From an uncultured Dehalococcoidia bacterium (GTDB lineage Bacteria; Chloroflexota; Dehalococcoidia; Lucifugimonadales; Australimonadaceae), in NCBI GenBank assembly GCA_964391355.1, contig CAYMJY010000001.1:4340-68339 (forward strand): a DNA stretch of 64,000 nucleotides, read 5' to 3'. The notes under the pieces are model-generated. The model did no database searches, was not told the DNA's origin, and saw only the letters and a program-made list of their open reading frames with translations. Below, piece by piece: positions 1 through 8,604 of the stretch. Position numbers and translations under genes: made by a program. Numbering within the stretch: position 1 is the first letter of the stretch; the number at the start of each line of letters is the position of its first letter.

Positions 1-7
1 AATACCG

Positions 8-199
8 ATGGCGAAACTGAAAATTAGATGGGATAGGAGCCAGATAGGCTACCCTCAAGATCAGCGCAGAACAATTAGGGCCTTGGGCTTGCGGCGCTTG
101 CATCAGACAGTCGAACGTGAAGATTCTCCAACTATAAGGGGGATGCTGCATAAAGTTCGGCATTTGATCAGCGTAGAAATAGTCGAAGGGAGTAAATAA
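8..199 (+). CDS. rpmD: 50S ribosomal protein L30 (uL30)
   Basis: 63-aa ORF (MAKLKIRWDRSQIGYPQDQRRTIRALGLRRL...) typical of L30. It lies immediately upstream of L15 and SecY, as in the spc operon. Confidence 0.9.
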   Translation: MAKLKIRWDRSQIGYPQDQRRTIRALGLRRLHQTVEREDSPTIRGMLHKVRHLISVEIVEGSK

Positions 200-201
200 T
201 A

Positions 202-645
202 ATGCGCCTTCATGAATTAACACCTAATAATCCTAGAAAAACTAGAACAAGAGTTGGACGTGGCGACGGTTCGGGGAGAGGGACTTATTCTGGTCGGGGC
301 CTAAAAGGACAGAAGTCTCGTTCAGGCGGCGGTGTTCGCCCGGGCTTCGAAGGCGGGCAAAATCCGCAAATGAAAGGTCTGCCGATGTTGCGTGGCTTTA
401 AAAACCCTTTTCGGGTTGTTTATCAAACAGTTAATTTAACAGCGTTGGAGAGGATACCGGAACAGGTAGTCGAAGTATCAGCATCTGTGTTGTTAGAGTA
501 TGGATTAATCAAGAAATCTAATAAACCCGTTAAAATTTTGGGAGCGGGTGAACTAAAACGACCGCTTGAAATAACTGCATCTAAATTCACAGAATCTGCA
601 AGAGCCAAGATTGAAACAGCAGGCGGGAAAGCAGTGATTGCTTAA
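202..645 (+). CDS. rplO: 50S ribosomal protein L15 (uL15)
   Basis: 147-aa ORF with a Gly/Arg-rich N-terminus (GRGDGSGRGTYSGRGLKGQKSRSGGG) characteristic of L15. Position between L30 and SecY. Confidence 0.95.
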   Translation: MRLHELTPNNPRKTRTRVGRGDGSGRGTYSGRGLKGQKSRSGGGVRPGFEGGQNPQMKGLPMLRGFKNPFRVVYQTVNLTALERIPEQVVEVSASVLLEYGLIKKSNKPVKILGAGELKRPLEITASKFTESARAKIETAGGKAVIA

Positions 646-1991
646 TGAGAGCATCGCAAGGATCAGTTAGACAATCACCCGGACGTCCAGCCTTGGTTCA
701 GGCCATGTTGGATGCATTTCGGGCTCGTGATTTACGAGGGAGGTTACTTTTCACCATCGGTGCTCTTGTAATTTTCCGTATGCTAGCTCATGTTCCCGTG
801 CCAGGAGTGGACCGCTCACAACTAGGAGCCCTTTTTGAGGGTAATGATTTAGTGGCCTTCTTTGATTTATTTTCTGGTGGAGGCTTAAGAAACCTTTCCA
901 TTGTTGCTTTGGGCGTGTACCCGTACATTACTTCAAGTATTGTTATGCAAATTCTTACTCCCATAATTCCACGCTTACAAGAAATTGCAAAAGAAGGTGA
1001 TTCAGGGAGGCAGCGAATTAGCCAGATCACACACTGGCTTACCGTTCCAGTTGCGTTTATGTCTGGCTATGGTCAATTACTTCTTTTCTCCAGATCCGGC
1101 GTTATTACTCATTCTGTCGGCTTTGGTGGTAGCGATGCACTTGCAACTTTGACCATAGTGGTTTCATTTGTAGGTGGAACCATGTTTCTGGTCTGGTTAG
1201 GTGAACTAGTAACTGAACGAGGAATCGGTAATGGAATTTCCCTCATAATATTTGGTGGAATTGTAGCGACCCTTCCTGGTTTACTCGCGCAAGGTTTTAT
1301 TGCCAGAGACAATACTGGCGGGTTGCTTGTTTTCATACTTTTCTCTATAGCATTAATTTTCATTATCGTTATCTTCAATGAAGCACAGCGGAGAGTTCCT
1401 GTTCAGTACGGGAGAAGTGTATTCCGTCAAGGAAGAATGTACCGACAGTCAGGGGCAACACACCTCCCGCTGAGAGTTAATTCTGCTGGGATGATTCCGT
1501 TAATATTTGCTTTTAGCATAATGATCCTGCCTGGCACTGTTGCTCAGTACCTCGCGAATCCATCTAGTGACGCATTTCTCTCTAAATTAGGAATGTTTAT
1601 AGCAACCACACTGTCTCCCACATCTTTATGGTACTGGGTTATGGTTTTTATCTTGGTCGTCATTTTCACCTTTTTCTATACTTTGATCACGTTTCAACAA
1701 CAAAATTTAGCTGAGAATTTGCAAAAAAACGGTGGGTTTATTCCAGGAATTCGCCCAGGCCAACCCACTCAGGTATTTTTAAACCGAGTCATTTTACGCA
1801 TCACTTGGGGAGGTGCGATCTTTCTGGGAGCAGTAGCGATTACACCCTTTTTCTTGACTAAATTAACAGGTGTTTCCGCACTTACCTTAAGTAGTACAAG
1901 CCTTCTAATTATGGTCTCAGTTGCTTTGGATACGATGAGACAACTTGAAGCACAGCTCATGATGAGGAACTACGAAGGGTTTTTGAATTAA
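645..1991 (+). CDS. secY: preprotein translocase subunit SecY
   Basis: 448-aa polytopic membrane protein with a SecY-type N-terminus (LRGRLLFTIGALVIFRMLAHVPVPG). Its start overlaps the rplO stop by 1 nt (TAATG). Confidence 0.95.
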   Translation: MRASQGSVRQSPGRPALVQAMLDAFRARDLRGRLLFTIGALVIFRMLAHVPVPGVDRSQLGALFEGNDLVAFFDLFSGGGLRNLSIVALGVYPYITSSIVMQILTPIIPRLQEIAKEGDSGRQRISQITHWLTVPVAFMSGYGQLLLFSRSGVITHSVGFGGSDALATLTIVVSFVGGTMFLVWLGELVTERGIGNGISLIIFGGIVATLPGLLAQGFIARDNTGGLLVFILFSIALIFIIVIFNEAQRRVPVQYGRSVFRQGRMYRQSGATHLPLRVNSAGMIPLIFAFSIMILPGTVAQYLANPSSDAFLSKLGMFIATTLSPTSLWYWVMVFILVVIFTFFYTLITFQQQNLAENLQKNGGFIPGIRPGQPTQVFLNRVILRITWGGAIFLGAVAITPFFLTKLTGVSALTLSSTSLLIMVSVALDTMRQLEAQLMMRNYEGFLN

Positions 1992-2554
1992 TGAGGATCA
2001 TCATGCTTGGACCACCAGGAGCAGGTAAAGGAACACAGGCAACTCGTTTGTCGGAAGTTGCCCACGTACCGCATGTCTCTACTGGGGATATATTTCGAGA
2101 CAATGTAGGTCGTGGCACTGAACTTGGAAGTTTAGCGAAAACGTATATGGATCAAGGCGCTTTGGTTCCTGATGACATCACTATAGGAATGGTAATGGAT
2201 CGAGTGGCTCAAAATGACACTTCGTCCGGGTATATTCTGGATGGGTTCCCTCGTACTAAACCTCAAGCAATCTCCTTGGACCAGGAGTTATCAAAAATAG
2301 GATCAATGATCGACCTAGCTGTTTTAGTGGATTGTCCACAAGATGAATTGTTACGCCGTTTATCTGGCCGTGCACTAGAAGAAGGTAGGGCTGATGACTC
2401 GCCAGAGGTAATTAAGGAGCGTTTGCAAGTTTATGAAATCCAAACGTCCCCACTTGTTGAATATTACGACCAGCAGGGCAAATTGAAACGCTTGAATGGT
2501 AAAAGGGATGTTGATTCTGTAACTAAGGATCTTTGTGATTTAGTAGGTGTATAG
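1991..2554 (+). CDS. adk: adenylate kinase (short-LID type)
   Basis: MRIIMLGPPGAGKGTQA P-loop. At 187 aa there is no room for a long or zinc LID insertion. The start overlaps the secY stop by 1 nt. Confidence 0.95.
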   Translation: MRIIMLGPPGAGKGTQATRLSEVAHVPHVSTGDIFRDNVGRGTELGSLAKTYMDQGALVPDDITIGMVMDRVAQNDTSSGYILDGFPRTKPQAISLDQELSKIGSMIDLAVLVDCPQDELLRRLSGRALEEGRADDSPEVIKERLQVYEIQTSPLVEYYDQQGKLKRLNGKRDVDSVTKDLCDLVGV

Positions 2555-2583
2555 CGCAGTAGCTGTTAAAATGGTGTTTTGTA

Positions 2584-3387
2584 TTGAAAACTAATCTGAA
2601 AACTGGTGACGCGAGAGAGGAAACTCCTCAGGGCGTAACTATAAAAACTGAAAAAGAGCTTACCTATATGTGGGAAGCGGGTCAGGTTGTGGCGAAGACC
2701 CACCAGATTCTAAAAGGCGCAATTCAGCCGGGTATCAGCACCAAAGAGCTTGACACCATTGCTGAAAGAGAAATTAGAGCGCTGGGAGCGATTCCTGCAT
2801 TTAAGGGCTACCGTGGATTTCCCGGGACACTTTGTGTCTCAGTAAACGATGAAATAGTACACGGTATACCGAGCAAAAGGACAGTCAAAGAGGGTGATTT
2901 AGTTAGCTTAGATTTAGGAGCAATCGTCGGAGGTCTTTATGGCGATGCTGCTGTGACTTGGCCGGTCGGGGTAGTCAGTGAGAAGTTGGTTGAATTATTG
3001 AAAGTTGGCGAAGCTAGTCTGTACGCTGGGATTCGAAAATCCTTGCCAGGTAATCGTATTGGAGATGTGTCCAATGCGATTCAGCGAGAAATAGAGGGTT
3101 CGGGTTCTTATGGAATTGTTAGGGAGTATGTTGGGCATGGCATAGGGCGCCAATTGCACGAGCAACCTTCAGTTCCCAATTTTGGAGTCGCCGGTAGAGG
3201 GATGCAGTTGCGGACTAACATGGCTATTGCAATTGAACCAATGGTTAACCTCGGCACGCATGAGACAACTTTGCTCGAGGATGACTGGACTGTAAAGACG
3301 GTTGATGGAAGCTACTCTGTCCATTTCGAGCATACGGTGATTATTGCAGAAGATGGGCCTATAGTTACCACAAGGTTGGAACAATAA
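2584..3387 (+). CDS. map: type I methionine aminopeptidase
   Basis: 267-aa ORF with metal-ligand context ([23 protein letters not shown]). TTG at 2584 is the only canonical start upstream of the conserved N-terminal helix. Confidence 0.9.
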   Translation: MKTNLKTGDAREETPQGVTIKTEKELTYMWEAGQVVAKTHQILKGAIQPGISTKELDTIAEREIRALGAIPAFKGYRGFPGTLCVSVNDEIVHGIPSKRTVKEGDLVSLDLGAIVGGLYGDAAVTWPVGVVSEKLVELLKVGEASLYAGIRKSLPGNRIGDVSNAIQREIEGSGSYGIVREYVGHGIGRQLHEQPSVPNFGVAGRGMQLRTNMAIAIEPMVNLGTHETTLLEDDWTVKTVDGSYSVHFEHTVIIAEDGPIVTTRLEQ

Positions 3388-3400
3388 CGAAAGCGAGATT

Positions 3401-3619
3401 ATGGCAAAAAAGGAGAGCATCGAAGTAGAGGCAACTGTGACTGAGGCGTTACCAAACGCAAGTTTTAATTTGGAATTAGGCAATGGTCACAAAGTTCTCG
3501 CGCATGTGTCAGGTAAAATGAGGATGAATTTCATAAGAGTTTTGCCAGGCGATCGTGTTTTAGTAGAGCTATCTCCTTATGATTTGACTAGAGGTCGGAT
3601 TACTTATCGTTTTCGATAA
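3401..3619 (+). CDS. infA: translation initiation factor IF-1
   Basis: 72-aa S1-like protein ([41 protein letters not shown]...). Confidence 0.95.
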   Translation: MAKKESIEVEATVTEALPNASFNLELGNGHKVLAHVSGKMRMNFIRVLPGDRVLVELSPYDLTRGRITYRFR

Positions 3620-3641
3620 GAAAAGGTATATGAGGATTTAA

Positions 3642-3755
3642 ATGAAGGTTCGAGCGTCGGTAAAACCAAGGTGTGATAAGTGTCGTATTATTCGACGTGG
3701 TAGAACCATCCGTGTGGTTTGTTCAAACCCTCGGCATTCACAAAGACAGGGATAA
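3642..3755 (+). CDS. rpmJ: 50S ribosomal protein L36 (bL36)
   Basis: Not in the ORF track because it is under 60 aa. My own translation from ATG 3642 gives [37 protein letters not shown], then TAA at 3753-3755. It has the C-C-C-H zinc pattern and the canonical position between infA and rpsM. Confidence 0.9.
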   Translation: MKVRASVKPRCDKCRIIRRGRTIRVVCSNPRHSQRQG

Positions 3756-3763
3756 GGTAAAGT

Positions 3764-4144
3764 ATGGCACGTGTAGCAAATGTAGATATTCCGGACCACA
3801 AACGACTTGAGGTTGCTTTGTTAAGCATTTATGGCATAGGCCCGACTAGAGCCAAGGAGATAGCTAACAGAGCAGGTGCAGATGGTAACCCAAAGGTGGG
3901 TGAATTAAGCGAGGTTCAGCTTTCTCGAATTCGTGAAATAGTTGACCATGACTATTTGGTTGAGGGAGATTTGCGCCGTGAGATAAATGATAATATTAGG
4001 CGTCTTATAGACATTGGTACTTATCGCGGTTTGAGGCATCGGCGAGCATTGCCAGTAAGAGGTCAGCGTACAAAGACAAATTCAAGGACTAAGCGATCTA
4101 ACCGGCGTGCTATTGCTGGTAAGAAACGCGTGTTGAAGAAGTAG
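3764..4144 (+). CDS. rpsM: 30S ribosomal protein S13 (uS13)
   Basis: [30 protein letters not shown]... with a basic C-terminus; alpha-operon order. Confidence 0.95.
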   Translation: MARVANVDIPDHKRLEVALLSIYGIGPTRAKEIANRAGADGNPKVGELSEVQLSRIREIVDHDYLVEGDLRREINDNIRRLIDIGTYRGLRHRRALPVRGQRTKTNSRTKRSNRRAIAGKKRVLKK

Positions 4145-4152
4145 GAGATAAG

Positions 4153-4542
4153 ATGGCACGGGCAAGAACAAGAACTCGCCGTAAAGAGCGCAAATTTGTT
4201 CCCCAAGGGAAAGGGTTCGTTAACGCAACGTTCAACAATACGATTGTTTCGCTAACTGATCCAGAAGGCAATGTACTTGCCTGGAGTAGTGGGGGCCAAA
4301 TGGGCTTTAAAGGTTCAAGGAAAAGTACAGCATTTGCTGCTCAACGTGTAGCAGAGGCTGCGGCCCGAAAGGCTTCTGAGAGTGGATTACGTCAAGTGGA
4401 AGTTTATATTAAGGGGCCTGGTGCAGGCAGAGAAGCAGCAATCAGAGCTCTACAAGCTAGCGGTATTACTGTAACGAGTATACAAGACGTTACTCCGATA
4501 CCACATAATGGATGTCGCCCACCTAAGAGGCGGAGAGTTTAG
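4153..4542 (+). CDS. rpsK: 30S ribosomal protein S11 (uS11)
   Basis: 129-aa ORF with [21 protein letters not shown] and a [17 protein letters not shown] ending, typical of S11. Confidence 0.95.
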   Translation: MARARTRTRRKERKFVPQGKGFVNATFNNTIVSLTDPEGNVLAWSSGGQMGFKGSRKSTAFAAQRVAEAAARKASESGLRQVEVYIKGPGAGREAAIRALQASGITVTSIQDVTPIPHNGCRPPKRRRV

Positions 4543-4556
4543 GGAGAAGGAAGAAT

Positions 4557-5183
4557 ATGGCTCGATACACTGGACCGGCCTGTCGGCTTTGTCGACGTGC
4601 AGGTGAAAAACTCTTCCTCAAAGGGGAACGTTGCTACACACCTAGGTGCGCTGTTGAAAAACGTCGCCGCCCGCCCGGAGATACCGGACAACGGCGCAGG
4701 CGTTTGAGTGAGTGGGGCACGCAGCTTAGGGAAAAACAGAAGGCACGCCAATCTTATGGCGTTTTGGAGAGGCAATTTAGAGGTTACTTCAATGCTGCTC
4801 GAAATATGCCTGGCATAACAGGATCAAACCTGCTTCAGTTGTTGGAAAGTAGGTTGGATAATGTTGTCTACAGGCTTGGATTTGCAGGGGCTCGCCAGCA
4901 AGCTCGACAATGGGTTTTGCATGGCCATTTCACAGTAGATGACCGGAAAGTTTCTATACCCTCCTATCGAGTAAAACCCGGTCAAATTGTTGCATGGAAG
5001 GAATCATCAAAAGGAAAAGGCTTGTTTGTGGAGGCTTCTCGCCAGTTGGGCCAAAGGCCTGTTCCAGAATGGCTTAGCCTTGATAAAAACAAGATGGTAG
5101 GTAGTGTTTCGAGGCTTCCTGAATCTAGAGATATTGATACCTTGGTTGATACTCGACTCATTGTAGAGCACTATTCACGATAG
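4557..5183 (+). CDS. rpsD: 30S ribosomal protein S4 (uS4), zinc-ribbon type
   Basis: MARYTGPACRLCRRAGEKLFLKGERCYTPRCA (four Cys) followed by an S4 RNA-binding domain. Confidence 0.95.
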   Translation: MARYTGPACRLCRRAGEKLFLKGERCYTPRCAVEKRRRPPGDTGQRRRRLSEWGTQLREKQKARQSYGVLERQFRGYFNAARNMPGITGSNLLQLLESRLDNVVYRLGFAGARQQARQWVLHGHFTVDDRKVSIPSYRVKPGQIVAWKESSKGKGLFVEASRQLGQRPVPEWLSLDKNKMVGSVSRLPESRDIDTLVDTRLIVEHYSR

Positions 5184-5225
5184 GCTATTGATTATCATCA
5201 CGCCGGAAAGCGAAGAGTATATAAA

Positions 5226-6308
5226 GTGATCGAAAATATGTTGGACTTTGGAATGGACGATTCTCGTGATGCGGTTTTAGAACCGGTGCCAGTGCCTGCT
5301 GCTTCCGTAAAAGTAGTGGAAACGGACGATACGCACGGAGTATTTATTATTGAACCTTTGCCGAGGGGATTTGGTATGACACTAGGCAACCCTCTTCGGC
5401 GTGTTTTGTTGAGCTCAATCCCTGGAACCGCAATTGATTGGGTTCGAATTGAAGGGGTTCAGCATGAGTACACTACTGTACCGGGAGTCAAAGAAGATGT
5501 AGTGGATATAATGCTCAATATAAAGGCAATTGATATTCGATCAGCTTCAGAACGTCCTGGGAAACTGAGACTTGAAGTAGATGGGCCTGGTGAAGTTACG
5601 GCTGGGGATATCATGGTTTCATCTGATTTCGAAATTGTGAACCCGGAATTACACATTGCTACGCTTGATAGCAATAAGGCTCGCCTGACAATTGAAATGA
5701 ACGTAGAACAAGGTAGAGGTTATCAACCAGCTGCGGCTCATGATGGACTTCCAATAGGTGTTTTGCCGGTTGACGCAATTTTCACGCCAGTACGTAAAGT
5801 TAATTACAGCATTGAGCGTACAAGAGTGGGCCAGAACACCGATTTCGAAAGATTGATTTTGGAAGTTTGGACAAGCGGTGCTGTTTCGCCGAGTGAAGCT
5901 ATTCGACAAGGAGCACAAGAGTTAGTTGAACATTTTTTCAGATTCTCTACCGTTACAGATAGCCCCACCGAGGAAAGCGGTAAGCCATCCTGGGCAGCAG
6001 CTATCCCTGCCTCTCAATATAATATGGTAGTTGAAAGCCTAGGTCTTTCGGCCAGAACTCTGAATTGCCTTAAAAGGGCATCAATTCATAAAGTTGGAGA
6101 AGTTCTAGAAAAAAGCCGTTCTGAGTTATTACATATTCGCAACTTTGGCGAGCGTTCTCTTGAAGAGCTAGATGAAAAGCTGGAATTAATAGGTATTAGG
6201 CACCCAGAACTAAAGAGTGATGACCCATCAACCTCAGACAATCAAGATGATGTGGTTCAGGATGCCCCTTCAGACGACGTGACATCTGATGAAAAGAGTG
6301 AGGCGTAG
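5226..6308 (+). CDS. rpoA: DNA-directed RNA polymerase subunit alpha
   Basis: 360-aa ORF with an N-terminal dimerisation domain (GVFIIEPLPRGFGMTLGNPLRRVLLSSIPG) and a C-terminal domain (LSARTLNCLKRASIHKVGEVL). It has an extra acidic tail, and the GTG start is not verified. Confidence 0.93.
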   Translation: MIENMLDFGMDDSRDAVLEPVPVPAASVKVVETDDTHGVFIIEPLPRGFGMTLGNPLRRVLLSSIPGTAIDWVRIEGVQHEYTTVPGVKEDVVDIMLNIKAIDIRSASERPGKLRLEVDGPGEVTAGDIMVSSDFEIVNPELHIATLDSNKARLTIEMNVEQGRGYQPAAAHDGLPIGVLPVDAIFTPVRKVNYSIERTRVGQNTDFERLILEVWTSGAVSPSEAIRQGAQELVEHFFRFSTVTDSPTEESGKPSWAAAIPASQYNMVVESLGLSARTLNCLKRASIHKVGEVLEKSRSELLHIRNFGERSLEELDEKLELIGIRHPELKSDDPSTSDNQDDVVQDAPSDDVTSDEKSEA

Positions 6309-6311
6309 GGT

Positions 6312-6686
6312 ATGCGACACCGAGTTAAGGGTAGAAAACTTGGACGTAGAACAGATCATAGAGAAGCTTTGGTCAATAATTTAGTATCAGAGCTTTTTAA
6401 GCGTGAACGCATTACCACTACAGAAGCTAAAGCTCGAGAGGTAAGAGGCGTAGCTGAAAAAATGATTACAAAAAGCCGTCGAGGTTCATTAAACGACAGG
6501 CGTTTAGTAGCTGCGAAATTGCCGGATGACACTGTGGTAAAAAAATTATTCAATGAAATCGGTCCTCGCTTTGCTAATAGAGAGGGTGGGTACACCAGAC
6601 TCTTAAAGTTAATGCAAAGAAAGGGCGATTCTGCTTCGATGGCACTATTGGAAATTGTAGAAGAGGAGGTGAAGGACGAACCATAA
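6312..6686 (+). CDS. rplQ: 50S ribosomal protein L17 (bL17)
   Basis: MRHRVKGRKLGRRTDHREALVNNLVSELFKRERITTTEAKA... is canonical L17. Confidence 0.95.
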   Translation: MRHRVKGRKLGRRTDHREALVNNLVSELFKRERITTTEAKAREVRGVAEKMITKSRRGSLNDRRLVAAKLPDDTVVKKLFNEIGPRFANREGGYTRLLKLMQRKGDSASMALLEIVEEEVKDEP

Positions 6687-6690
6687 TCCT

Positions 6691-7473
6691 GTTGCGCGTG
6701 TTGGACTGATTCTCGAGTATGAAGGAACCAGCTATGCTGGATTTCAGCGTCAAGCCGAACACACTACTATTCAATCGAAAGTAGAGGAATCGATTAGACT
6801 TCTTACTGGGTCAACTTCTTTAGTTTCAGGGGCAGGAAGAACTGATGCTGGAGTGCACGCTACCGGACAGGTCATTGCTTTTAATTTAAATAAAGCTTTT
6901 TCTTTAGAAAAACTTCAGAGTGGGTTAAATGCATACCTCCCGGCAGATATTGCTGTAAAGGATATTTATGAAGTTCCCTTAGACTTCGATCCTAGACGGC
7001 ATGCGTTATCAAGGGTTTATAGATACACAATCCAAATAGGGAAAATACGTTCTCCATTGAGAAGTCGATTCGTTTATGAAGTCAAGAATCCTTTAGATGT
7101 TGAAAATATGGCTCAAGCCTTGACTTTGATTGAAGGTAATCATGATTTCTCTCCTTTTTCAGGCCGAATGGACCCTGAGAAGAGCAGTATGAGAACAATT
7201 TTGCGAACTGAGGTTTGTCGTGTTGGACCAGAAGTTTATGTGGAGATAGAGGGTAATGCATTCTTGCCACAGCAAATGAGAAGAACTGTTGGTGCTTTGA
7301 TAAAAATTGGAACAGGGTCAAGGCGCTATAATTATCTCAAGGATTTGGTTGATCACGGTAAAAAGGGAGATGCTTCTTGGGTAATTCCCGCAAAAGGATT
7401 ATGCTTGTTAGCAGTTAAGTATCAGAGGTTCCCTCCAGTTAATTATGCAGATTCAAAAAACGACAAAACATAG
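6691..7473 (+). CDS. truA: tRNA pseudouridine(38-40) synthase TruA (start codon unresolved)
   Basis: The ORF track starts at GTG 6853. The same frame is open from 6673 and encodes the conserved TruA N-terminus VARVGLILEYEGTSYAGFQRQ...GAGRTDAGVHATGQV, which includes the catalytic Asp motif. There is no ATG, GTG or TTG between the frame stop (TGA 6670-6672) and 6853, so the 5' coordinate is approximate. Confidence 0.8.
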   Translation, partial: VARVGLILEYEGTSYAGFQRQAEHTTIQSKVEESIRLLTGSTSLVSGAGRTDAGVHATGQVIAFNLNKAFSLEKLQSGLNAYLPADIAVKDIYEVPLDFDPRRHALSRVYRYTIQIGKIRSPLRSRFVYEVKNPLDVENMAQALTLIEGNHDFSPFSGRMDPEKSSMRTILRTEVCRVGPEVYVEIEGNAFLPQQMRRTVGALIKIGTGSRRYNYLKDLVDHGKKGDASWVIPAKGLCLLAVKYQRFPPVNYADSKNDKT

Positions 7474-8194
7474 ATCTCAGGAAGAAGCTTCATCCAAATG
7501 GCATGTTATTGATGCCAAAGGTGAGCGGCTTGGACGTTTGGCCACCAAGGTAGCCCAAGTTCTTCAGGGTAAGCATTCAGCAGGTTATAGTCCTCATTTG
7601 TTAACTGGGGATTTTGTTGTTGTAATTAATGCTTCAAATATAGATGTTTCAGGCAATAAGCTTACCCAGAAAATTTATTACCGGCACACTGGATATGTAG
7701 GGCATCTGCGACAGCGTACTTTAGCTGAGATGCTAGCGAAGTTTCCAGAAAGGGTTATAGAAAAAGCTGTAAAAGGTATGTTGCCCCGCAACAAGCTTGC
7801 AAGACGTATGCTTCGACGCCTTAAAGTTTACGCAGGAGGCTCACATCCACATGATGCGCAACTTCGTGCAGGCACGGGTTCACGCTCTACTGCTCGTGCA
7901 CTAAGCGAACTTGCCTTGAAGAAAGCTCCTGCCACAATAATTGATGATTCTATAGCTACAGTTGAATCGAATATAAAATCAAATCCCTCAGCATCGTTAC
8001 CTGAGGTTAAGGCAGACGCTAATATAGAGAAGCCAAAAGTGAGTACCCGACCCAAAAGCGTGAAGGCGGCACCTAAAAGCTCTAAAGCCAGTGGTACCGG
8101 ATCATCTGTACCAAAATCTAAATCCAACGCAAGTACAGGAAAACCAAAAACAACTGTGCGTCGATCACGAACGTCACCTAAGGTTCAGGAGTAA
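7445..8194 (+). CDS. rplM: 50S ribosomal protein L13 (uL13) with a long K/S/P-rich C-terminal extension
   Basis: The first ~142 aa are canonical L13 (WHVIDAKGERLGRLATKVAQVLQGKH...RLKVYAGGSHPHDAQ). They are followed by ~105 aa of low-complexity basic sequence. Overlaps the truA end by 29 nt. Confidence 0.9.
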   Translation: MQIQKTTKHRSQEEASSKWHVIDAKGERLGRLATKVAQVLQGKHSAGYSPHLLTGDFVVVINASNIDVSGNKLTQKIYYRHTGYVGHLRQRTLAEMLAKFPERVIEKAVKGMLPRNKLARRMLRRLKVYAGGSHPHDAQLRAGTGSRSTARALSELALKKAPATIIDDSIATVESNIKSNPSASLPEVKADANIEKPKVSTRPKSVKAAPKSSKASGTGSSVPKSKSNASTGKPKTTVRRSRTSPKVQE

Positions 8195-8199
8195 GCACT

Positions 8200-8604
8200 A
8201 TGACTACTGGAACAGAATACTTTTATGGTACAGGCAAAAGGAAAAGTGCAATTGCTCGCGTACGTATATACCCTAAAGGGAGTGGGGCAATAGTAGTCAA
8301 TGGAAAGCCATTGGAAGAGGCTCTACCATGGATGGAATGGCAAGAGCGAGCCAGGCAACCTTTTAAAGTCACTCAAGAAACCCAAGGACGGTTTAATGTC
8401 GTCGCTAAAATTGAAGGTGGTGGGATTTCCGCATGGGCTGATGCATTGAGACATGGTATATCCAGAGCTTTGATCCTCGCAGAGCCTTCCACTAAGCGAG
8501 ATTTGCGAAAAGCAGGGCTTTTAACTAGAGATTCTCGTATCAAAGAAAGCAAGAAGTATGGACTCAAGCGAGCTCGGAGAGCGCCCCAGTACACTAAACG
8601 CTAA
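8200..8604 (+). CDS. rpsI: 30S ribosomal protein S9 (uS9)
   Basis: YGTGKRKSAIARVRIYPG-like N-terminus and a ...KYGLKRARRAPQYTKR C-terminus. Confidence 0.95.
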   Translation: MTTGTEYFYGTGKRKSAIARVRIYPKGSGAIVVNGKPLEEALPWMEWQERARQPFKVTQETQGRFNVVAKIEGGGISAWADALRHGISRALILAEPSTKRDLRKAGLLTRDSRIKESKKYGLKRARRAPQYTKR

